A stretch of 64,000 nt of DNA from Octopus vulgaris (lineage: Eukaryota), in contig OX597831.1 of NCBI GenBank assembly GCA_951406725.2, forward strand, positions 21,266,001-21,330,000, read 5' to 3'. The notes below the pieces were generated by a model that worked only from the letters and a program-made list of their open reading frames with translations, was not told the DNA's origin and searched no databases. The translations under genes and the position numbers were made by a program. Below, in pieces: positions 52,996-64,000 of this stretch. Numbering within the stretch: position 1 is the first letter of the stretch; each line of letters begins with the position of its first letter.

Positions 52996-54037
52996 GTATG
53001 TATGTATGTATGTATGTATGCATGTATATATATGTAAAATAATATATAAATATATGCATATATAAATTCATATATGTACTTACCTACATATATATGTGTA
53101 TATACATGCATATACGTACATATACAGGACATAAAAAAACGTTGAACACAATGAGAATGGAAAAAATAAAAATAAAAACATACAAAACGAACTTCTTTTC
53201 GAACGATGAAAAAAAACAGAGAAACCATACATGCAACATAAAGTATATTCCCCTTCTTCAGTTATGTATATGTATGTATGCATGTACGTATTTATCTGTG
53301 TGTGCCTGTGTTTGTCGTATATGCAAAGGGAAGTAATCGTTCCCACCCCCAGCCTGATTGGAGACGGGAACGATAACTTCCCTTCGTAAATACTGATAGG
53401 GCATAGATAGTGTGTCAATAGCCAGCTGGAGGAGATGTCTTCCTGGGGCTACAAGCTACAGTAGCATCATTTGTGTAGCAAATATACTGCACGATGTGAT
53501 GCGGCTACTGTTTATATCTCACTCAAAGAATATTTTTTGCTTATATATATGTATCTATATAAATAGGTTTGACTTACACAGAGTACAGACGACAGGGATA
53601 TCTAAAGAGGAACAAGAAATGTATAAGTCCAACAGCTATTTGTGGGTGCTTGGCAATCCATAAAAATGTTAATAGATTTAGTCCATCACAAAATGCAGCC
53701 GTATGAATACATTGAATATAGGATGAAACGAACTTCAGTGTCCTTAGTTGATATGACCTCTACCAAGTAAAATAACAGCAATAATAATTATAATAATCAT
53801 ATTTACGCTGGTGTATTTAAATTTCTATATGTATAATCTATAAGCGCAGGTGAACATAAAACCATGTTCATTGCAGAGCGATCTGGGAGACCAAAGTATT
53901 ATGAGGGTTTTTGGTAGACGAAAACTGAAATAAGTCCGACGTATATATAAACATGTAAAAGATAATATATATTTGTATAACATAGTAGGTTGTGCACATT
54001 TATACAAATGCGCGCGTGTGTGTGTGTGTGTGTGAGA

Positions 54038-54085
<48 letters not shown>

Positions 54086-54888
54086 GAGCATATTTTGTTT
54101 GATACGGATGAAAATAACCAAATAGTTTATCTCATAGTAAGCACTTACCATATTTAAAATTCTTATCTCTACTAGCACACAAATACTCATGCATACAAGT
54201 ACACACGCACACACACACACACACACATACACATTCATTCCCTTTTGCACCTTGTACACGTTTTAGAAGCAAGAAGAAGTGGTTTGCAGTTAGGTGATGC
54301 ATTTGTCTAATTCACCTTTACAATTTATCACATTTACAGATAATGTACCTGTATTACAATCACAGGAAAGATGCTGTTAGCGAAATACGTGTACGGAGCT
54401 ATATGAAGAGGTCAGTGAGTCTCAAAGGGTTACGTTTTCAATCTCAGTCTAACGTATTGTGTGTCTTTGTGTGTGTGTGTGTGTGTACGTGTGTGATAAG
54501 TATGTTTCCCAGCAATATGGTTTCGAGTCCAAGCACACCGGACAAGTGTTTTTTCACTATTGTTTTTGGCTTTAGTTCTTATTTCTAGCAATGTAGATGT
54601 TTCCATATCACCCTAGTCACATTTAACGATAATTATGTGTGTGTGTACGTTCATGATTGTGTGTACGTTCATGATTCTGTCTATCCCCCAACATGGCTTG
54701 ACGACCGGCGGTCGTTTGTTTACGTTCCTGTACATTAACGATCCGGCACAAAAAGACCGATAGAATAAATAGCAAGCTTAAAAGGAAAAATAATCCTGCG
54801 ACCGATTCAGTATGACGGCATTCGATCGACTGAAACAAGTAAAGTATAAACGATTATATATTGTATGTGTATCTGTGTTTTTGTGTGT

Positions 54889-54942
<54 letters not shown>

Positions 54943-55057
54943 AAATGAGATATGGTTGTAAATTCAACCTCCATGGGATAACATATATCCAATATACTGC
55001 TAGAGAAGTACCAACAAAGCTAAGTTATGTAAATTTTTTTCATACTTGCATTAAATT

Positions 55058-55166
55058 CTCTGAAGAGGCCGTGAGATATTCTTGTTAATGTCTCATTTAT
55101 ACCTGCTTTATATGGCTAATAGGTTAAATGGGACATACCTGTCTTCACGGCTGAAACAGCTGTCAG
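55058..55166 (+). ncRNA. Type I hammerhead motif with extended stem II
   Basis: CT-CTGAAGA-GGCCGTGA [~70-nt hairpin] TCACGGCT-GAAAC AGCT GTC-AG; palindromic stem III (ACAGCTGT). Stem I is only 2 bp. Confidence 0.7.
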
Positions 55167-55398
55167 CTACAATGTAAATGTATTTCTATTTCTATGTCTA
55201 TGTCTTGTTATATTTGTACTATATTAATGCATAATATCATTGCTATTGTGTAATGGTTTAATAAAGTATTGATTGGGTATTATCTGATGGTTGATGATTG
55301 ATTTAGATATATTTCTCCATTTTCTCATTTTGTATATATATATATATATGTTGATGAGACTGTGTGAATACGCATGCGCGCAAATCCACTCAAACGCA

Positions 55399-55707
55399 CA
55401 CATATATACATACATATCATCATGTGACCGACCAGGCCATCGGATGTTGCTACACATCGCTGGTCACAATGCGCTTCGCATTGTTTTAGCCTTCAATGAC
55501 GCCACCTCGCTGGCTAAGCGATCAGGCCAACAGAAGAAAGAGTGAGAGAAAGAGTACAGCAGGGATCACCACCATCCCCTACCGGAGCCTCGTGGAGATT
55601 TAGGTGTTTTCGCTCAATAAACACTCACAACGCCCGGTCTGGGGGATCGAAACCGCGATCCTACGACCGCGAGTCCGCTGCCCTAACCACTGAGCCATTG
55701 CGCCTCC
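55399..55707 (-). mobile_element. Family C SINE
   Basis: Reverse homology of the head to 32200-32330. Confidence 0.9.
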
Positions 55708-55971
55708 ATATACATACATATACGCAGACAAAAACATATATGTACACGCGTTAGTTTTATCGCTTTACACCAGTCCACTCCTGATCTTGTCTATCTGAAC
55801 CCCATTGTCTCGTATTATTACTAATAATCTAACCATCTATCGAATAAATTTGTCAATACTTTACAATTTATTGGTGACAGACGAGTTATGAGACGAAACG
55901 CAATAACAAACAATTTAAAGGGATGTGTCTGGTTTATTTTAAAACTTTGTGAATAGCGGCTGTCCGGAGTT

Positions 55972-56002
<31 letters not shown>

Positions 56003-56095
56003 TACACACACAAACACACACGTACTCACGTATATACTTATATATATATATATACTTTTATATATTATCTATCTATCTGTCTGTCTATCTATCTA

Positions 56096-56175
<80 letters not shown>

Positions 56176-56679
56176 ATCCAAACAAGAAAACACAGAAAAA
56201 AACACAGCAACGCGAGGACGTGGAACAATTAAAGTATTATTTGACGCTCAAAAGAAGGTAGGAGGGTTTAACATTTCGAGCGGAGCTATATGTATATATA
56301 AGTGATCCTTGTCTTTACTGCTACCGTTAAGCTTAGATCCTTACGTACCTTATTATAGTCTAGTCTACTTCCTGTATAGTGGTTAAGCAACTTCTACGCT
56401 TAATAATATCCGTAGTTATGAAATACAGAGCACCATGTAGAAGTAAAATGAATTATGATAATAACATATTGCTTCTTTCGTTCATAACTATGGTTGATTG
56501 GAATCCGGACTTGCGTTTTACAGGAGCATTTGGATGGTTATCAAGAACGGATCATGGGGGAATGCAACCCTTTATTGCATATTTTACAGAGAATGAACAT
56601 TCAATGCTTGGTTCCAAGGAAGCATAAAGTTGAAAGGTACGTAGGAAGTAATAATCTATAATATAATGGAGAAACGTCA

Positions 56680-56933
56680 CCCTTTTCAAGCCTAGACAGG
56701 CTCATGGGACCGGTTTCCCGGTTTTTGTGGCGTATGTGTCCCCCCCCCCCCAGCTTGACAGAACGCCAGTCCATCGCAGCGTTACTCAAGAGACAGGAAG
56801 AGGGAGTGAGAGAAAGTTGTGACGAAAGAGTACTACCCCCTGCTGGAGCCTCGTGGAGCTTTTTAGATGTTTTCGCTCAATAAACACACACAATGCCCGG
56901 TCTGGGAATCGAAACCGCAATCCTCCGACTGCG
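56680..56933 (-). mobile_element. Family C SINE, 5' truncated
   Basis: Reverse homology to 32230-32505. Confidence 0.85.
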
Positions 56934-57683
56934 AATAATGGAGAAAGCTGCTTCTTAATCATGTACGTAACAATTATTAAAAGTACTAAAAGAAAGCAAT
57001 TATTAAAAGGTTGACCGTCTTGAAATATTTTTATAAATTCATGTTCTAACAAATTTCCTATGATTTCGATTTCTCAAGTTTATTGAACTTTTTAATTACA
57101 ATTTCTCGCAAATTTTAATATTCACTGCGTCCAATAAATCACAAACTTAAATATTCATTAAATTCACTGCGGAGTATTCCATTTTTCTCCTCTAATTTTC
57201 AATTCACTATCAATGTATATGTAATGTAAAAACATTATTTATTGAAGGACTTTTTAAAAAATACCCTTATCATTTTTGAACGCGGAATAGCGGTGAGAAG
57301 AGCTTAGAGAGTTAGGTAATTATTATTAGAAGACGAGGAGAAAAGAAAAACAAAAAGTTACCGACAAGTGCTCGAAACTTGCATTATTAAAAATGGGAAT
57401 CAAATGTGAAAATATTATCAAGGGGATAACATAAAATCACCCGGAGGGCGGTCTTTCTGCTAGTATAAATTAATGGCTCTTGTAATTTCTCATACATTAA
57501 TACATATACATATATATATATAAAGTTAATCCAAAACATGAAAATTCAAAGAGAAAACACAACAACGCGGGGACGTGGAACAAGTATAATGTTATTGAAC
57601 GCCCAGGAGAAAGGAAAGATCCAAGGAAAGGAAGACGGAGGAAATAAAATCGCCAACGGTACGCACGCACGCACACACATATC

Positions 57684-57745
<62 letters not shown>

Positions 57746-57747
57746 AG

Positions 57748-57977
57748 GGCGGCGAGCTGGCAGAAACGTTAGCACGTCGGGCGAAATGCGTAGCCGTATT
57801 TTGTCTGCCGTTAAGTGTTCTGGGTTCAAATTCCGCCGAGGTCGACTTTGCCTTTCATCCTTTTGGGGTCGATAAATTAAGTACCAGTTACGCACTGGGG
57901 TCGATGTAATCGACTTAATCCCTTTGTCTGTCCTTGTTTGTCCCCTCTGTGTCTAGCCCCTTGTGGGTAGTAAAGAA

Positions 57978-57980
<3 letters not shown>
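57748..57980 (+). mobile_element. tRNA-derived SINE, family B (full length)
   Basis: GGCGGCGAGCTGGCAGAAACGTTAGC...GGTTCAAATTCC (B box)...AGCCCCTTGTGGGTAGTAAAGAAATA. Confidence 0.9.
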
Positions 57981-58009
<29 letters not shown>

Positions 58010-58899
58010 GTATGTGCGTGTTTATATGTGTGTACGGTATGATGGATATGTGACTATGTGAGTGTATTGCTGTAGACAAAGGCAATTTTAGCTCAATTAA
58101 AACAGGTCGAATAACGATCCATTTTTTTCTTAGTCCGTAGTGTATTTGTTGTGTTTAAATTAACATACTGCAATACACAGATACACAGAGAAATACGCTC
58201 ATACCTACACACATAAAAATGTGTGCATGCTATATATATATATATATACTTACGCATCACACACAGGCACATGGATATATGGATTATATGTATTTGTGTG
58301 TGTGTGTATACAAACTTTCTTATTTAGGAAGTTTTCGGGAATAACGTCATCGACGTTAGAAATGGCAAATAAACTGTCTAGATAATGCGGAATTCAATTC
58401 CACATTTTAGTTTTATGTGTAATTATAGATCATAAATTCTACAACAAACCATCCCACGCCGATTATCTCAACTGTCTTGTCTCTGTTTTGTTACGAGCGG
58501 AACCGCCTCTGAAATGGCCACACAGACTCCAGCATGGCTCTAGATATGATTAATATCACTCAAAATTAAATAATTCACTGAATGTCTTCGAGGACTTGTT
58601 ATGAAGTTACAACACAGCTGTTCACCCAACAAACATATATATATATATATAATGTAAAATAAATGTCGCTATCGTTCCTTTTTTGTTTGTTTCAGTCATT
58701 GTACTACGGCCATGCTGGAGTATTGAATCGAAGAGCCTAGTTGGAAAGAGCGAACCCCTACTTATATTTTTCTGTATAATATTTATTCTATCGGTTCTTT
58801 TGCCGAACTTGTAAGGTACAGGGGAGAAAAGAAACCGACACCGATACCCAGGCGGTTGTGGAGAGAAACTATAAAGACACATATTTTGATAGATACATA

Positions 58900-59133
<234 letters not shown>

Positions 59134-59323
59134 ACATAATTGAGATTCAGTTGAATTAGGTACTTAAGCTGAAGCACCAAAATTAGTGCAGTATTATCCA
59201 TACAACTAAAAATAAGGTGCAGCTCCTTAAATAAATAAATAAATAGAATTTTTTATAATCAGTCAGACATATTAATATCATTTTACTTAAATACTCCAAC
59301 TGATTAAAAAATTCTATTTATTT

Positions 59324-59411
59324 ATGCAGCTGAGGATAGCCGTGCATTTAAATTAATGTAATGATTGCATTGTTCAATGCAATGTAACCGTTTGAAACGG
59401 TCGTACTGTAT
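59324..59411 (+). ncRNA. Type I hammerhead motif with extended, partly decayed stem II
   Basis: ATGCAG-CTGAGGA-[~57 nt with internal hairpins]-GAAAC GGTC GTA-CTGTAT; 6-bp stem I. Confidence 0.65.
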
Positions 59412-59902
59412 CACCTCTAGATATCCTGTTGCTTATTTTGATATATATATATGTATGTTTGTAATATGCACGACATTTTTCTTGTTTTTAATGAAGTTCA
59501 GCATTTGTTAGCGAATCTTCTTTCGGACATACGTTCATGAATAATCCATGAGCGCAGGTGTGGCCGTCCTGTTAGATGTTTAATTCTCTACCACATGGTC
59601 TCAAACGTAGTCCATGTGCGTGGAACCTTGGGAAACTGAACTCTGAGTCGACTAAAGTCTTGTGAGTAGATTTAGTAGACCGAACCTGAAAAAAGACTCT
59701 CGTATCATCATCGTCGTCGTCGTCGTCATCATCAATCTATTATAGGCACAGTGCCCAAAATGTTAGGCAAGAGGTGCTTATTTGCTTACATCAAGCCCAC
59801 ACTAAAGTCGATCTCAACATCCTTTGAACCTACAACGTAAAAATGGACGAAATACCGCTAACATTTTGCCTGGGGTGTTGAAAATTCTACCAACTCCCCG
59901 TC

Positions 59903-59955
<53 letters not shown>

Positions 59956-60540
59956 CTTTTCTACTAAAAGCACAAGACCTGATATTTGGGTGTGGGGGAT
60001 TAATTGATTACATCGACACACGTATTTCACTGGTACTTAATTCACCGATCCCGGAAAGATGAAAGACAAAGTGGACCGCTACGGAATTTGAACTTATAAC
60101 GTAGCACCAGGCGACATACGGCTAAGCATTTCGCCGGCGTGCTAACGATTCTGCCAGCTCGAAAAATAATACTAGAGGTTTCAAATTTTGGTTTCAAGGC
60201 CAGCAAATGTAGTGGAGGGTGGAAGACGTTTACACTGACGTTAATACTCTACTGATTTTATCGATCTCGAAATGATGAAAGGCAAGGTCGACCAAGGCAA
60301 CACTTGAACTCAGAACGTAAAAACGGAAGAAATGTCGCTACGAATTTTTTTCCAGCGCGGTAATGGTAATGGTTGCAAATTCTGGCACAAGGCCCGAGTT
60401 GATGGGGCGAGTTGATGATATCAACCGAAGTACTCGACCGAAACATTTTATCGACTCTGAAACGAAGAAAGGCAAAATCGAACTCTACAGAATTTGAACT
60501 CAGAACGTAAAGATGTACGAAATGCCGCTAACATTTTGTC
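59956..60540 (-). mobile_element. Cluster of tandem family B SINE copies and fragments
   Basis: Repeated GAAAGGCAAAGTCGAC...GAATTTGAACTCAGAACGTAA-like units. Confidence 0.8.
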
Positions 60541-61267
60541 CGCTATAAAAAATATGTACATAATGGCCATTATTAAAAGTAGCTTTTTCTTTCAATGATA
60601 GACTGAAAATTTCATACACCGAACTGAACAGAACTGGAAATAATTTAGAAATTAAAAGAGTCTGTATAATCAAAAAGTACAAAACTCTAGAGGTATAGAA
60701 TACACATCCGTTTTATGTGATTTGGAATTATTAGAAAATACGAAGCGAAAACCAAACATCGATATTTTGAAGTCACTAATTTGAAATAAACAGAGGCTCA
60801 AAACTTTTCTCATATCACAGATGCCTTGAAAATAATCAGAGATGTATGTGCATCGAACTATAAATATATTCAAATATAATTAGATAAAAAATAATATTCC
60901 AAAAGTTTAGCGTAGACAGTATAAACATATATGAACATATATCCATACAAAATTGTACAATAATAATAACGATTCTTGAGAGAATCTGATGAATACGGAT
61001 TTTTGAAATGATGTAATGTACTCCTTCATCTATTATTCCTTTGCTTATATGCAGTATTGGGAATATGTACATCAGCATGAGTCAAAATAAATAGATTAGT
61101 AAATTAGTCTATTTTTTCCCCCTTTTGGTTACTGACCTATGAAGGATTTTTTTCTAATGTTCATAGCAAAGATATCAGTGTTAGCTTGTATTTCAAACTT
61201 GATCCTCAAGGTGATATTTCGATCTCTTTAATTTCAGAACTTTTATTAATTATTCAAAAGTTCAATA

Positions 61268-61298
61268 ACATCATCATCGTCATCATCTTCATCATCAC

Positions 61299-61344
<46 letters not shown>

Positions 61345-61450
61345 GTCGTCGTCGTCGTCGTCGTCGTCATCATCATCATTATCATCAATAATATCATCGT
61401 CGTCATCATCATCATCATCATCATCGTCATCATCGTCATCATCATCGTCG

Positions 61451-61501
<51 letters not shown>

Positions 61502-61600
61502 CCAATATCATCCTCATCATCATCATCGTCGTCGTCGTCACCATCATCATCATCATCATCATAATCATCATCATAATCATCATCGTGGTCGTCGTCGTTA
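61268..61600. repeat. (ATC)n/(GTC)n trinucleotide array
   Basis: Directly visible. Confidence 0.95.
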
Positions 61601-62341
61601 TCTCTCTCCTCTTTCATTATCATTCTGGTCGTCGTCATAATCCTTCTCTTCATCAACAACAACATCAAGATCATCGTCATCATCAGCAGTTTTCCTGAAA
61701 CACGCCACCTCATTTCATCACCTAACACACAGCCGTTTACTTCATACACATTCACACATGCAATTCCCTCCCCCCGCTACACACACACACACAGACACAG
61801 ATACACGCACTTTCAAACGCAACCATTTACAATGGCTTACATATACATACTCACAGTGAATACATACACTGCACACACATGCACAAAGGGAAAATTTTCC
61901 TTCCTACATCAGCAATTAACACACACACACCCGGCAGTATAATGAACTCGTTAGAATAATACAATTAATTAAAAACGGATTATTGCCCGCCATCACACGA
62001 AGAAGAATCATACATCTATAAAAAGCAACAGGCTGAAGACATTTAATAACAACATCACTAACCACAGCAGCAGGAGAGATCGAACGTAATTGCAGGCTAT
62101 ATATTTACGTACGTACATGCCTATACATGTCAATGAAGAGCAATTATTACACACAGGTTCAAATACCCAGATATATATATGTAGATATAAACAACTTACA
62201 AATAAGGGCAAACGAAAAAATTTTCTTATGACAAATATGCCGAAAATTGGACGTTTTGTCCATTACCATATAATTTATCACAATACTCACGCTACTCGAA
62301 GAAAAGCCGACAGAAAATTCTAAAAAATTCCATTCTTACCA

Positions 62342-62394
62342 TATCGGACCGATTTCAGGGTTAGCTCGTAAGAACCCTCCCTTCGTCAGTGATA
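62342..62394 (-). ncRNA. Minimal type I hammerhead motif
   Basis: Minus strand reads TATCA-CTGACGA-AGGG(AGGGTT..AA)CCCT-GAAAT CG GTC-CGATA. Confidence 0.7.
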
Positions 62395-62546
62395 AACGTG
62401 GTAAAGAAATAAATGAGATACTTACTCATACCCATGGAAGAAGCAAAACACTAAGTCATGAGCACAGTTAAGTACCCCAAATACATCCAAAATAGAAATA
62501 TTCCAGCCCATTCAAGACACGTGCAATTTTAAAAAATATTTTATCC

Positions 62547-62645
<99 letters not shown>

Positions 62646-62789
62646 AACAACAAACATAGCAGCTGCTGCGCTGGCAAAATTGTTTGTGCGTTGAGCAGAA
62701 CACTTCGTGGCATTTCTTCCAGCTCTTTATGTTCTGCGTTCTGATATATTTTTATTATTATCATTATTTTTATTATCATCATCGTTTAG

Positions 62790-63190
62790 GCGGATGGCTG
62801 GCATTTCGTCTGTCTTTACGTTCTGAGTTCAAATTCCGCCGAGGTCGACTTTGCCTTTCATCCTCTCGAGGTCGATAAAGTCATTACCAGTGAAATACTG
62901 GAGTCGATGAAATCGATTAATCCCCTACCCCAAATTTCAGGCCTGTGCCTTTCATAGAAAGAATTATTATTATTATTAACATTATTATTATCATCATGGC
63001 GGCGAACTGGCAGAATTGTTAGCATGCCGCGATATAAAGCTTAGCGGCATTTCGTCCGTCTTCACGTTTTGTGTTCGAATGCCTCCGACGTCGACTTTAT
63101 CTTTTATACCTTCTATAGAATAAGTGCCAGTTGAGTCCTGGGGGTCAATGTGAACGACTTACGCCTCCCTCGAATTTCTGCCCTTATGTA
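62790..63190 (+). mobile_element. Two family B SINE copies
   Basis: Homology to 57748-57980 at about 62790-62963 and 62998-63190. Confidence 0.85.
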
Positions 63191-63349
63191 TAAACCAGTA
63201 CACACTTTCTCTCTGTTTCCCGCCGACACAAATACCCAAACTTATCCATGGAAACACGTATATAGTGCTACACGTAATAGTAGTGTTAATAACAGCACTG
63301 ATAGAAGTATTCATGATATTAGCAGTATTAGTATTAGAAATATTAGAAA

Positions 63350-63391
<42 letters not shown>

Positions 63392-63939
63392 GCAGTAGCA
63401 GCAGCAGCAGATGCAGTAGTAGCAACGGCTGCAGTAGTATTGGCAGCAACCACGGTAGTACAACGCATAGCGGTCGTATTACTCTGGCGTGCGACAGGAG
63501 TAACGGTCATGTTCACACAGGGGTATCATTTACTCGTTAAAAAGCGTTTTCATTATCATTTGTAAATTTGTAAATGTTAGGGTTATATCAGATAACTGAG
63601 TGGACGATCAAGGCATTTAACACTCCATCAATGTCTGTTGTTAGCGTCGCTTGAAGTCGTTGTTGCTGCTGTTGTTGTTGTTGTTCATGGTGGTGGCGTC
63701 TCTCTCCAGAACACTCGTTTGAGCAGACCTTTGAATAAAGATATTCAAGACTGGACCATTTAACTCTTTGTTTGTTCGTTTTTTTTTTGTGTGCATGTGT
63801 GTGTGAGTGTGTGAGCACGTGCATGTGCTTACGTGTTGGTGCACAAGTATATGTGCATATATATATGCTTATATATGTATGTATACATATATATATACTT
63901 ACATATGTATGTATATATATACATAAATACACAAACATA

Positions 63940-63984
<45 letters not shown>

Positions 63985-64000
63985 ACTTATATCTATACGT

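Noticed and set aside
59700-60540. CRISPR-like periodic repeats
   Set aside because: Units are diverged SINE fragments of irregular length in eukaryotic DNA, with no cas genes.
61246-61755. 169-aa poly-Asp ORF, and the poly-Ile and poly-Met ORFs in other frames
   Set aside because: Translation of an (ATC)n/(GTC)n microsatellite; no splice or domain evidence.

Overview
AT-rich eukaryotic (metazoan) DNA saturated with microsatellites and transposon relics. The SINE families look like those of octopus; this taxon call is an inference from repeat recognition only. I found no credible host protein-coding exon, and almost all listed ORFs are translations of microsatellites. The real coding remnants are R4/Dong-clade LINE pieces sitting in (TAA)n arrays, RTE and L1/Tx1-like pieces, a Penelope-like GIY-YIG fragment and a mariner transposase fragment. 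Non-autonomous elements include tRNA-derived SINEs, Helitrons and MITEs. The most striking signal is about 12 minimal type I hammerhead ribozyme (HHR) motifs plus several relics in 64 kb. They sit in short non-coding islands, often next to (TA)n arrays and often with inverted repeats. They include two U3-A8 compensatory core variants, a two-copy family with an A6U core, three motifs with long stem II hairpin extensions, and a back-to-back pair inside a 166-bp palindrome. All folds were read by eye, and many repeat boundaries are approximate.
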